A DNA stretch of 64,000 bases from Epithemia pelagica (GCA_946965045.2 OX337229.1:1-64000), one strand, 5' to 3'. Positions 1 through 10,809 are shown, counted from the first letter of the stretch. The notes: generated from the sequence alone by a model not told the origin. Numbers and translations: made by a program.

Positions 1-545
1 CCTAACCCTAACCCTAACCCTAACCCTAACCCTAACCCTAACCCTAACCCTAACCCTAACCCTAACCCTAACCCTAACCCTAACCCTAACCCTAACCCTA
101 ACCCTAACCCTAACCCTAACCCTAACCCTAACCCTAACCCTAACCCTAACCCTAACCCTAACCCTAACCCTAACCCTAACCCTAACCCTAACCCTAACCC
201 TAACCCTAACCCTAACCCTAACCCTAACCCTAACCCTAACCCTAACCCTAACCCTAACCCTAACCCTAACCCTAACCCTAACCCTAACCCTAACCCTAAC
301 CCTAACCCTAACCCTAACCCTAACCCTAACCCTAACCCTAACCCTAACCCTAACCCTAACCCTAACCCTAACCCTAACCCTAACCCTAACCCTAACCCTA
401 ACCCTAACCCTAACCCTAACCCTAACCCTAACCCTAACCCTAACCCTAACCCTAACCCTAACCCTAACCCTAACCCTAACCCTAACCCTAACCCTAACCC
501 TAACCCTAACCCTAACCCTAACCCTAACCCTAACCCTAACCCTAA
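1..545. repeat. Telomeric repeat array (CCCTAA)n / (TTAGGG)n, chromosome terminus
   Basis: About 90 uninterrupted CCCTAA units from base 1 to 545, C-rich on the + strand as expected for a left chromosome end. No variant units are visible before the junction. Confidence 0.99.
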
Positions 546-549
546 TGAT

Positions 550-3500
550 GTGAGCGCACGAGATTTCCTGTTCGACTGTCTTGAAAAGGGATTCAGAAGG
601 GAAGTGCAGGATCAAGCACGGGACGTCAAATCGTTCCCCAAGCTTTTCATGGTGCTCGTGAAAATAGTAACCCATGACTCACCGCAACACTGGGAACAGG
701 TGAAGAAAGATATGAGAGGATTACTCCCTCAAAAATATCCGGGCCAAGACATAATGGCACTCACCAAAGACTTCTCGCAGAAGGCGCGACCGCTGATCGC
801 CGCTGGGTTGTATGATCACACCCTGACCGCTAGCTTGATGACCAATATACTACGTGCCGAGTGGCCAGACACTCCCAAGTTTGAGCTCATGTACTTGGCC
901 AAGAATCTAAACGACACCATCATTGAAGTTCGCTTCCAGGATCGCACCACTGCTGATCTGAAAATGCGAAAAGAAAAGCTGTGGTATACCGATATCATTG
1001 AAACAGCAAACACAAAATATTTGGTTAGTGTCAAGGATGGCGAGTGGCGCCCCAAGCAGCATGCCACTGACTCCAAAGCGCCACCTACCTTGTTTGGAGC
1101 ACACAAAGCAATCGCGAAAACTACTCCGTCCCCTCGACAGAATCGCAGTAATGGCCATAAGGGTGCCATGACCCAGGCAAGCTTGAATGCCCTCATCAAT
1201 TCGCTGAAACACCCCCCTGGCCATAATCCCACCCCTTCTCCATCCACTGGACCACGCAATCCCTCGACCGGTCACCGCGACAAGGGGGGAAAGAAGAAAC
1301 CCCAACACAAAAAGAATATGACTCGAGTTGACCGTTCAAAGGTGCATCCGTGGCGGCTTGTGCCTCCGGCCTCTCATGAACCTGAATCCATGATCGTAGA
1401 CGGGGTTATGTATTATTGGTGTGCCATCTGTAAACGATGGAATGACACCCATGGGACCGCCAAGCATATTGTTGGATACAAGAAAAACAAGCACGGTACC
1501 AAGGAATCCCGAGCCCACAAGCTCGAGTTTGATGTGTCCGCTTGGAAAACGGAGTTTGATTGTTGTGTGCTTTGTCATGACCAAGACTGTAATACCAACG
1601 ACTGGAAAGATCTTCCAGATTGCATGTCTCTTGAAGAAGACGACAAAGGATATACCAATACACAGGACTTCGACTTGTGCGCCTTTGTCATGCAATGCGA
1701 CTTCATGGAAGTACACGGAACCAACATGATTCAGCACCCAGTCAACAATCCCAACTTTGATCACCACTCGGCAGACACATCCTCCCTGGAATGGTCCTCC
1801 CATTCAAATAAGGATCCTCCACAGAACCAAGAAGAAACAAATTGTTGTGTGGACCACATCACCGAAGAACGGAAAACAGAGGGAGGAACTCCTCTGGGGT
1901 TGATTGTTGGGTCTGGAGAGTCAATTGTTGCATCCGATGAGTCCTTCCCCTCTCTACCACCTCTTGTACGTCGTCATTGCTGTGAAAAGAGATGTGGCAG
2001 TGAGACAGAAGCCGAAGCAAATACATTGTATTTCGACGAATGGGAGGATATCAACTCCTGGTATGACACATCAAGCAAGAACCAAAACATGGACACGGAT
2101 CTAAGCATGGCCATCCAAACTGTTGAAGCAAACACAGCTGCACACGAAGCGAGCTTTGACAGCTCTCAACTCAACCTTGGCAGTGACGACACACATATGC
2201 GTTCCCACAACACAACAATGAGCTCGATCCTCGATACGACACAGGACAGCTCGGTTTTGAGCGATGACAATATCTCAATGACCCCTCTGAAGAACTTGCA
2301 GAGAGGAGAGATTGCAAGTGGTGAGGAACAAGAGGATAGGAAACCTGCAGCAATGCAGCCAGATATCTCACCTATCCAGATGGACCACACTTCACCTCCT
2401 CGACTCAATCTCCAACCTCGTCCTTCTGTGAGAACTTTGGAAGAATGGGCAAGAAGCTTTCAACCAGGACTACGTCCTCCTGCAACAGATCCACGGATCT
2501 CCATAGAGGAAGAAGCAGCAAAAGCAAGACGAGATGGAATGCGCTATGAGAGAGCGCAGTACACCGTTTACGCTCTGCAACACCAAGAGCCGAAACTTAC
2601 CATCGCACAGGCTTACCAAAGAGTAAAGAACGAAGAATGGTACCTTGGATGGTATTTGGATGGTACGAGGATCCCACACCACCCAAATCCAGCTCCTGTC
2701 TGGCCAGGACTCGAGATTCAATCCGATCCGCCACCTTGCCTTCTTCGGGCTCGCATTATGGAACATCGACCAATTGAACGAGGATACCATGCACAATTTG
2801 TTGCCCTTCTCAACCAAGCTCCACCACCTTTGTTCGGGAACACGCTTCTCTTCCACACCTTCTGGTGCAAGATTGTTGGATCCATCCTTAATGGCCGTGT
2901 CTTTTCCGACTGCCTCCGTTTGATTGTTGTGTCTGTTGGTAAATTGTTGCTTTCTGGCAGGGCAAATCGCTCGAAAGAGGGAGAACACCAACCTTTGTCC
3001 CCTCGACGAGCCGGTCCCAAACGCAAACGCAAATCCGTTTTCCGACCAATTCACCCTGCTCCAGTCACCAAGCGAGCACGAATGCGGACTCGACTGACAC
3101 GGGTTAACCGTCCATCCTTGCAACAACGACTTCGTCAACAACGAATCCATTCCAAGAAACGACGCAACCCACAAGAAGCATACTGTACCACACCCATAGA
3201 CCGCTATCAGAACCCCCATCGCGCCAACCATCCATCGAACCCGATGAACCATCATCGGAATAGGAACTCTAATAACCGCCCGTCGACAAATCCTGTCGAC
3301 ATCTTCAGGAACACACGATCTGCAAAGGAACGAGAAATGTTCGCTCTTGCAGCGTGCCTTGAGGGACCCACACTCTGCGATGTCTTCAGGACCTTGGGGA
3401 GCACACCACACCACCAATGGGAACAAATTACACAAGCTGGACTCCAAGCTTGCCTTCAGGATCCTCTCGCTTTACGAAGCGCCATGCCACACAATGCATC

Positions 3501-6500
3501 CTATCCAATTATTTGGGACAGCGGAGCCAGCATCTCGATCACAAACCAGACTCAAGACTTCATCGGAACAATCCAGCCCTTGCCAAACTTCAATGTAAAA
3601 GGAATCGCCAACAGGATGAAGGCAACAGGCCGAGGTTTTGTCTTATGGTCTGTGCTCGACACCGAAGGGAAGCTCAGACAGCTCAAACTCCCTGCCTTTC
3701 TTGTGCCAAAGACCAACGCAAGACTCCTGTCAACACAAAGTCTGCTCCAAACATACGACGGTGAGAAAATCATCCAAGATGGAAAGACAATGGTGCTTAC
3801 AGGAATGCCCGGTGACAAGAAACGAACGCAAATCACAATTCTCATCAATCCGTCCAACAACCTGCCCATGTCGTATGGGTACGACCACAAAGAAGTAAAG
3901 AAAAGCGCACACGCCCTCAGCTCCATCATTTCAGAAACGTCACAGCACAACATGAATTTAAGCGAAGCGCAACAAGAATTGGTACGTTGGCACAATCGCT
4001 TCGGCCACCTGTCGTTTCGAAAAGTTCAATTTGTTATGAGAACCGGAGTGCTTGCAACCAGTGAACACAAGCGTCGACTCCACATCAAAGCATCCACTCT
4101 CACGAACTTACCTCTTTGTGCAGCCTGCCAATATGGCAAACAAAAGCGAAGACCGTCACCTGGAACCACAAGTTCCATTGTGAAGGATCGCAAGGGGATA
4201 ACAAAAGCAGAAAATTTATATCCTGGACAATGTGTCAGTGTCGATCATTTCGTATGCTCTACTAAGGGAAGAAGATTCAATACTCAGGGTTCATCCGCGT
4301 CTAAGGATATGTATATGGGTGGAGCAATATTCGTAGATCACGCTTCGGGTTACACCTGGATTGGCTTTCAGAACCACTTAAATACTCATGAAACTCTACA
4401 CGTTAAAAATTCCTTCGAGTTATTCTGTAGAGACGTTGGAGTTATGCCCTCTCAGTATCTCACCGATAATGGATCGGCATTCACCTCTGCCAAATATACA
4501 GAGTCCCTACAAACTTTTGCTCAAACATACCGCTTTGCTGGAGTAGGGGCTCATCATCACGCCGGTATAGCCGAGCGGGCCATACAAACAATTATGTCTA
4601 TAGCGCGCACCATGATGCTACACGCCGCTATACATTGGCCAGAAATGGCTGATCCCTCACTATGGCCCATGGCTGTGTCCCATGCTACCTTCTTATGTAA
4701 CCATGTCCCCAACACCGCCACCGGAATAAGCCCACATGATTTATTCACTCGCACTAGATGGGAGCAGCGAAAGTTCCACGACTTACACGTGTGGGGCTGC
4801 CCTGTCTACGTACTGGACAAATCTATGTCAGATGGAAAGAAGCTACCTAGGTGGAAGCCACGTTCCACACGGTGTATACTAATGGGTTTGAGTAATCGAC
4901 ACGCAACAACTGTACCTTTAGTTTTAAACCCTTCTACAGGATATATCACACCGCAATTCCATGTGGTATTCGATGATTGGTTTTCTACAATAGCCACTTC
5001 CGTTGAGGATGTTCCAGATTTCACTAGTACTGAATGGGACCAATTATTCGGAGAATCTCGATATCAATATACTGAAGACGAAACAGAAGAAAATATGGAA
5101 TCGCCTACTGCAACTGATGAGGTCCATCGATCCAAATATGAAAATCGATTGGATCATATCCATCAATCCATGGATCGGCATATTCCCGACAATCCTTTAC
5201 CCATTCCCACTCCTCCCACTTTGCCTCCTGTTTCTTCTCACTCTGCTCCCGTAGCGGAACCGACACTGCCCTCAGAGGGAGTTCCACACACCCCTGTTGC
5301 AGCGCCCCTTCCTCAGAGGGAGAACACCGTCTTAACGCCAATCGCAGAGCAGGATCCTCCTTCACCCCCTGTTATGACCCCCTTAAAATCTGCCACTCCT
5401 AAGAGGGAACAACCTCCTCCGGAACCGACTCCACCTAGTTCTTTCAGAACTAGTCGACGCTCCGGACGAACTATCCGTCCACCGCAACGCTATGTACAGG
5501 ATGCTAACCTAGCCTCTCTAGCTCCGTCCTATCAGCCTAACGATCTGCTTTCAATGATGAAAGCGTCGATTTCCGACCCGGACACATTGAGCTATGACGA
5601 AGCAATGCGAGATAACGACATAGATAGGTGGAAAGAAGCGGCCGAAAATGAGATTAGGGAACTAGAAGGAAAAGGAACATGGACGGAAGTGCCGAAATCC
5701 GAGGCAACTACAAGAATCCTACCAGGAACATGGGTCTTTAAAAGAAAGCGCTCTCCAGATGGAGAGATAAGAAAATACAAAGCTAGGTACTGTGTACGAG
5801 GAGACCTTCAGGAAACCGAAGAAGAAAATTACTCTCCTGTTGTCAATTGGAGCACAATTCGAATAGTGCTTGTCCTTAGTCTAGTTCTAGGATGGGAGCT
5901 TGCTTGCATCGATTTCAACAATGCATTCGTGCAAGCAACACTTCATGAACCTGTCTGGATTCACCTTCCAAGAGGCTTCAGATCATCATCACCTGGAACT
6001 ATGTGCCTCAGGCTTCTTAAGAGTCTATACGGACTCTCATCCGCACCAAGACTTTGGTACGACCACCTAGTAAAGGCCCTATTGGAAGATGGTTTCCAAA
6101 TGAGTAAGCATGATAAATGTCTACTGTACAAGAAAGACATAATTATCTTTCTCTGGGTAGATGACTGTGGTGTATGTGCCCCTACAATGAAACTTGTAGA
6201 CGACCTTATTGAACGGCTAAAAGAGAAAGGACTATCTTTGCAAAAAGAAGGAAACTTCACTGATTACCTAGGGATCAATTTTGTACATGACGAAAAGACC
6301 AAGTCAATTACAATGACCCAAAAGGGCCTGATCAACAAAATAATCGAAGCTACAGGACTACAAGACTGTAAGCCCAACTGGACACCAGCCACACAACTGG
6401 CACTCGGAAGTGATCCAGATGGTGAACCTATGCAAGAAAAATGGCAATACAGGTCCATTGTCGGCATGCTACTGTACCTGGCCACTAACACGCGACCCGA

Positions 6501-7155
6501 CATAGCCTTTGCAGTTAGTCAAGTAGCAAGATTTAGTACAGCTCCGAAGAAGTCTCACGCAGCAGCAATCAAAACTATAGTCCGCTACCTAGTGCGTACT
6601 AAAGACAAGGGAACGATTTTCACCCCTACCAAAGACTTTAAGTTGGATTGTTATGTAGATGCCGATTTTGCCGGTCTACACGGACGAGAACCACAAGATA
6701 ATCCTGTAAGCGCCAAGTCCCGTACAGGATATATTCTGAGTCTTTCTGGGTGCCCTTTAATTTGGCGTTCCCAACTTCAGTCGTCAGTAGCCCTAAGTAC
6801 TCTCCAAGCCGAGTACCATGCCCTCTCACAAGCCATGCGTAGTGTTATAGCTACCCGACGTGTAGTAGAGGAATTATTGACTAATCTGGACCTTCCATTC
6901 GAAAAGCCTACAATCTACTCAGAGGTATTCGAAGATAATTCTGGTGCCTTCTATCTTGCAACAAAGCAAAGGTTGACGCCTAGAACAAAACATTTCAACA
7001 CCTACCTTCATTTCTTTTGGGAACATGTTGGCGATCACCCAGGAGGAACTAAGGTCAGCATGGTGAGCACAGAAGAACAACGAGCTGATTACTTTACAAA
7101 GTGTCAAGCACGTGACCTCTTCGAACGCTGCCGAAAACTTAACCAAGGATGGTAA
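550..7155 (+). CDS. Gag-Pol polyprotein (N-terminally truncated; frame is open upstream of the GTG at 550)
   Basis: Gag Zn-knuckle-like WCAICKRWNDTH; protease IIWDSGAS; integrase HNRFGH...CAACQYGK plus D(VSVDHF)-D(LTDNGSAF)-E(AERAIQ); RT TWVFKRKR...YKARYCVRGD and LWVDD; RNase H YVDADFAG...EDNSGA...RADYFTK. 2201 codons with no stop. Confidence 0.95.
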   Translation: MSARDFLFDCLEKGFRREVQDQARDVKSFPKLFMVLVKIVTHDSPQHWEQVKKDMRGLLPQKYPGQDIMALTKDFSQKARPLIAAGLYDHTLTASLMTNILRAEWPDTPKFELMYLAKNLNDTIIEVRFQDRTTADLKMRKEKLWYTDIIETANTKYLVSVKDGEWRPKQHATDSKAPPTLFGAHKAIAKTTPSPRQNRSNGHKGAMTQASLNALINSLKHPPGHNPTPSPSTGPRNPSTGHRDKGGKKKPQHKKNMTRVDRSKVHPWRLVPPASHEPESMIVDGVMYYWCAICKRWNDTHGTAKHIVGYKKNKHGTKESRAHKLEFDVSAWKTEFDCCVLCHDQDCNTNDWKDLPDCMSLEEDDKGYTNTQDFDLCAFVMQCDFMEVHGTNMIQHPVNNPNFDHHSADTSSLEWSSHSNKDPPQNQEETNCCVDHITEERKTEGGTPLGLIVGSGESIVASDESFPSLPPLVRRHCCEKRCGSETEAEANTLYFDEWEDINSWYDTSSKNQNMDTDLSMAIQTVEANTAAHEASFDSSQLNLGSDDTHMRSHNTTMSSILDTTQDSSVLSDDNISMTPLKNLQRGEIASGEEQEDRKPAAMQPDISPIQMDHTSPPRLNLQPRPSVRTLEEWARSFQPGLRPPATDPRISIEEEAAKARRDGMRYERAQYTVYALQHQEPKLTIAQAYQRVKNEEWYLGWYLDGTRIPHHPNPAPVWPGLEIQSDPPPCLLRARIMEHRPIERGYHAQFVALLNQAPPPLFGNTLLFHTFWCKIVGSILNGRVFSDCLRLIVVSVGKLLLSGRANRSKEGEHQPLSPRRAGPKRKRKSVFRPIHPAPVTKRARMRTRLTRVNRPSLQQRLRQQRIHSKKRRNPQEAYCTTPIDRYQNPHRANHPSNPMNHHRNRNSNNRPSTNPVDIFRNTRSAKEREMFALAACLEGPTLCDVFRTLGSTPHHQWEQITQAGLQACLQDPLALRSAMPHNASYPIIWDSGASISITNQTQDFIGTIQPLPNFNVKGIANRMKATGRGFVLWSVLDTEGKLRQLKLPAFLVPKTNARLLSTQSLLQTYDGEKIIQDGKTMVLTGMPGDKKRTQITILINPSNNLPMSYGYDHKEVKKSAHALSSIISETSQHNMNLSEAQQELVRWHNRFGHLSFRKVQFVMRTGVLATSEHKRRLHIKASTLTNLPLCAACQYGKQKRRPSPGTTSSIVKDRKGITKAENLYPGQCVSVDHFVCSTKGRRFNTQGSSASKDMYMGGAIFVDHASGYTWIGFQNHLNTHETLHVKNSFELFCRDVGVMPSQYLTDNGSAFTSAKYTESLQTFAQTYRFAGVGAHHHAGIAERAIQTIMSIARTMMLHAAIHWPEMADPSLWPMAVSHATFLCNHVPNTATGISPHDLFTRTRWEQRKFHDLHVWGCPVYVLDKSMSDGKKLPRWKPRSTRCILMGLSNRHATTVPLVLNPSTGYITPQFHVVFDDWFSTIATSVEDVPDFTSTEWDQLFGESRYQYTEDETEENMESPTATDEVHRSKYENRLDHIHQSMDRHIPDNPLPIPTPPTLPPVSSHSAPVAEPTLPSEGVPHTPVAAPLPQRENTVLTPIAEQDPPSPPVMTPLKSATPKREQPPPEPTPPSSFRTSRRSGRTIRPPQRYVQDANLASLAPSYQPNDLLSMMKASISDPDTLSYDEAMRDNDIDRWKEAAENEIRELEGKGTWTEVPKSEATTRILPGTWVFKRKRSPDGEIRKYKARYCVRGDLQETEEENYSPVVNWSTIRIVLVLSLVLGWELACIDFNNAFVQATLHEPVWIHLPRGFRSSSPGTMCLRLLKSLYGLSSAPRLWYDHLVKALLEDGFQMSKHDKCLLYKKDIIIFLWVDDCGVCAPTMKLVDDLIERLKEKGLSLQKEGNFTDYLGINFVHDEKTKSITMTQKGLINKIIEATGLQDCKPNWTPATQLALGSDPDGEPMQEKWQYRSIVGMLLYLATNTRPDIAFAVSQVARFSTAPKKSHAAAIKTIVRYLVRTKDKGTIFTPTKDFKLDCYVDADFAGLHGREPQDNPVSAKSRTGYILSLSGCPLIWRSQLQSSVALSTLQAEYHALSQAMRSVIATRRVVEELLTNLDLPFEKPTIYSEVFEDNSGAFYLATKQRLTPRTKHFNTYLHFFWEHVGDHPGGTKVSMVSTEEQRADYFTKCQARDLFERCRKLNQGW

Positions 7156-7219
7156 CTCCTCTCTCTCTTTCTGGCCTCCGACATCTCGGGGCATATCGCA
7201 ATTTGAGAAATCACTCCAT

Positions 7220-7228
7220 GAGAGGGAG
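7220..7228 (+). other. Polypurine tract (PPT) of the retrotransposon
   Basis: GAGAGGGAG about 65 bp after the pol stop, matching the usual copia PPT (AGGGGGAG-like) that directly precedes the 3' LTR. Confidence 0.8.
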
Positions 7229-7943
7229 AGTTAAGACATAGCTATTCTACAACGTCTGTATCCGATCAACTAGTCCAGCTAGCACACCTAGTTTATCGTC
7301 CAGGTTTGAGACATCTGTTACGAACCGCTGTATGCGACACAAACCTTGACGTGTATCCAAGATTCATTACGTGTACTTAAATAGAAGTGGGCCGTTGAAC
7401 GGACAGACGGACCCGCAACAGGAATTTGTGGATAAGCATAACTATGCCCCCTACTATTCGGAAGAGATGTACGCTGGACGAGCTACACTCGGAAGTAAGG
7501 GCTACATAAATCGAGGATCGAGAAAAGAACGTGATCCTCGAGAATAGAACTTGATCTTCATCAACAGGAGATCCAACCCAAGATGGAACACATTCCTCTA
7601 TGGAGTAGAACAAGTTCTATCAGTCCCTAATCGTAGCTCCATAGTACTTGTCCACTGAAGTAAGGAATACGTTCCTCATCTACGACTAGATTTTGGGGGA
7701 TGATGGCCGAACGATCCGAGAGGAGCCAAACCATCTCAAGATGAAAAACACAATCTTTAGTTTAATCTCACTTCTTTATAAACATCCAGTTTGATAACCA
7801 AACTTGTTTTGTAACGGAGGAGTCGACCTATTACGCTGATAGAAGGTGAGGGCCCCATCGTCTATTGTGCATATAGGTTGACCTAGAGAAACTACTGTAT
7901 CTAACTCTATCGTCTAGAGTTAGCTTTTTACCCACCTTTAACT
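7229..7943 (+). repeat. Putative 3' LTR (~715 bp)
   Basis: Begins right after the PPT with AGTTAA and ends with the complementary TTAACT at 7938-7943. Non-coding, with a 9-bp hairpin (CTAACTCTA/TAGAGTTAG, 7901-7923) near the end. There is no second LTR in the window to confirm the boundaries. Confidence 0.6.
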
Positions 7944-7945
7944 CT

Positions 7946-8467
7946 GACCACGACAAAGAGGACAAGGACGTTACCGTGCTTTACGTGGATCGTCCTCATC
8001 TAATGTTGGGGATTCGACGCATCGAGCAACTGAATCCCTTTTTGCAGTCTAAATATCCCATTCGGCATGGAGATACCAACGAAAACAATGACGACGGCGT
8101 GCCGGCTTCTTGGTGGACGAATTCAACTCTGGATGCATCAGAACTTGTCGAAGATATCCACGATTATGACTTGGATCGGGCAGTTGTCAAGCTGCGCCTT
8201 CATGCCAAAAAGACACTGACGATTCCGCCGGAAGAAGCGACACAGTAACTTTTGGATCAAGCTCGTTCTCGTGTAGCTACAGCCGTCAAACTCATTCAAG
8301 ACCGTTCCGACAACGGCTTCAGGAAGGACGATGCGGTGGATAGTGGCAAAGAATGGACAAGCTTCCCGATACTTTTGCGTTACCTAGCTGGGCCTTACCT
8401 GATTCCGTGGCGGAAGAGTTGTATGAAGCTGCAGCGTCGACGGGCTCCGCAGGAACCATGCTGGTAG
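7946..8467 (+). pseudogene. Probable host gene fragment cut by the retrotransposon, with an in-frame TAA at 8246-8248
   Basis: A coding-like frame (DHDKEDKDVTVLYVD...) starts at the predicted LTR end. Track ORFs 7976-8248 and 8252-8467 are in the same frame, separated by one TAA. No recognisable domain. Confidence 0.35.
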
Positions 8468-9033
8468 TGGGTCGCCAAGGGGGCATTTGATCGTGACAGT
8501 CCGTACCTCCCTGATTTCTTCTTGTCGGCGGGCAGAACTGCAATCAACTTACCATGTGCCGACCTGCTAGTTTTTTAGCTCAACAAGTGAAGAAGCGGGA
8601 GAGAGCGACCGTAATAATTTCTGAAAAGCCATCCGTCTTACGATTCAATCGACAGGGACATTGCGGTTGTCTGTCTATCTCTCCGCCAATCGAGCTCACC
8701 CACGAACCAGCACATGTTCAGGGCGAAATAGGTTTCTTCTCGAACTTCGTTGTCGTCTCGTCGTCGTCATCATTAGCCTCGGATTTTGACACACTATTGC
8801 TGTATCTCAGTGACGAACATCACGCTTAGTAACATTCTCAAAAGGCCATTTGTGTCTCATAAGCCGAGTTGATTTCTGCAATATCGCCATGACTACCTAC
8901 GTAGTTGCAGCTTGAACAAGAAATAGCCACTGACATGGCCATAAAAGCTTGTTTGAGCATTGGTCTCTAGCACGGTCTAAGCCACAACACCTATCCTAAG
9001 TTTCTTATCTCATCTGTCCCTTGCTGATCTCTT

Positions 9034-10388
9034 CTAGGATCCTTTTGATATTATGCGTACCTGAATCGTTTCTCCTTGGATCAAGCTTGCTTCTTGCAAG
9101 GTTTGGTTCCGCAAGGAATCCAAATTTCGGGGTGGAAAGGAGGCTGCCGCTCGCAATTCCACGTCCATACCATCGTTGCGGCCATCCAGATAGTGCTCAT
9201 GACAGAGCAGATACAAGACTTGGACTAGTGCACTGTTGGGAAAACGACGGACCAGAACGGGTGACTTTTGGCTGCTGGTCTGGCCCATGAAGCGGAACTG
9301 AATTCGACAAGTGTCGGGAGCTCCGATTATTGGTTCCTCCGGCACTGTCGCATTGGCAAGTTCGGTTTGGCTGCTACTTGTTTGGACCGGTTCTGGTGGT
9401 TGCGAAGACAATTGCATGGCTAATTGCAGTTGCTCTTCTTCGGTCAATCCTTCAATGGCCATATTCATGGAGGAGGAGGAGGAGGATGGCTCTGTCGATT
9501 TGCCATCGAGACGACGCCCTGCGCCCGTGACTTTGGTCCAAGGATCGACTCGAGGTTTGTTCAATGTCGTGGCAGTATTCGGATTGCTGGAGGATTGTAC
9601 GAGTTGCTGTTGCGACGAAAAGGCCTGTAGCGCATTGTTGTGGAACTGTGGAGCCGCCTTGAGCAAATCTGCCATGTTGTGCCAAGTACCTCCTCCTATT
9701 ACAGAAGACGACGACGACGATGGTGTGGGAGGGGGATAGTCTCCAATGTGAGGCGGAGGCAACCACTGCGAGGGGGCGGCCACACAAAAGACGGTATATC
9801 CACCCGTCGCTCCAGGTTGTGCGGCTTGCGACAATTGCGTCCCTAATTCAAAATGGGAAATGGGAACTGGTCGTTCCAAGGTGGAGTTGAAATTGAAAAA
9901 GCGTCCAGCCACTTGCCGAATGGCCAACCAATGATCGGATTTGTGCAACAAAAAAGCCGTCACTTGAGTAAACGGTCTTTCAAAACCGAGTCGGTTAAAT
10001 GAGGCAACCAATCTCCTTGGTCGTGACTCAGTTGGCCGTGATGCTGTTGTTGTTGTTGTTTTATGGCAAAGTATCGATTGAGACACGTCTTGAGTACTTG
10101 AATACTGAAATTACCGCGTTCGTCGACATTGACGGACCCTTCTTGGAGGCGTTGTTGGTATTCTCGCGATTGCATTCCCCCTTCATTGCTGGCTGCCATG
10201 AACTGCAACTCCAGAGCATCCAACTCTTGAGCAATCTGCGCCAATTCGTCCACGGCAAACTGCGATGATTGCACCAAATTGTTCAAGGCATGTTGTCCAC
10301 ACAAGAGAGACTCTTGACGCTCGTGGTAAATCCACACACGAGAAGGATCCACAGAGGTTTCGTTGTTCTTGCTCGATAAGGAGGCCAT
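9034..10388 (-). CDS. Ataxin-3-like Josephin deubiquitinase with UIM and C-terminal UBX domain; reading frame broken near 9963-10000
   Basis: IYHERQESLLCGQHALNNLVQ (catalytic Cys) and GNFSIQVL in one frame. AFLLHKSDHWLAIR...FFNFNS (catalytic His/Asn), UIM LTEEEQLQLAMQLS and UBX (RIQFRF...RRF...FPPR) in the -1 frame. Confidence 0.88.
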
Positions 10389-10809
10389 TTGGTTGCGCTC
10401 TAATCTTCAATGGCTTCTGTTTGAAGCAATGAGGAGAATGGTTATCTCCGACGGCCACTTTGGTCGTAATGGGTTTTGTTTCTCGTTCTTCGGCTCCCTT
10501 CTTGGATGGTCCTTTTGTCGCTTGTGTCATTTTTTCCGGTTGGTTTCTCGCGACCGACCGACACAGCGCAACCGCGACTTCATGCCGTCATCCACCTGCC
10601 CTCTGCGTGGACCACAAAGTCGGACATTCGACAGACATTTATCTACAGATGCTATAGTAGCGCGCCTCTTGGCACGACAGATGCTGCACCGTGTTTGTGG
10701 CAACAAAGATACGCTTTCAAGTTTGGTGCGGCAGAATCTTTGGGAATTCAAGAGAAAGGCTGTGTCAACCATCGCACTTTCCCGAGTCTGACTAAAACAA
10801 AAGAACACC

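Larger units (their letters stand above)
546..7943 (+). mobile_element. 5'-truncated Ty1/copia LTR retrotransposon (diatom CoDi-like)
   Basis: Single gag-pol ORF with copia domain order PR-IN-RT-RH, followed by a polypurine tract and a putative 3' LTR. No 5' LTR or PBS; the telomere abuts the gag coding sequence. Confidence 0.95.

Noticed and set aside
1-549. Telomere repeats read (Pro-Asn)n in frame with the truncated gag
   Set aside because: One-in-three chance, with no start codon or promoter upstream; no evidence of function.
816-7194. Many short antisense and alternate-frame ORFs over gag-pol (and similarly over other genes)
   Set aside because: Shadow ORFs of real coding sequence and trinucleotide-rich low-complexity regions; no motifs.
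8560-8800. Minus-strand fragment WVSSIGGEIDRQPQCPC, vaguely like a non-LTR retroelement C-terminal Cys motif
   Set aside because: Short, interrupted by stops, and lacking the rest of the motif or any adjacent RT.
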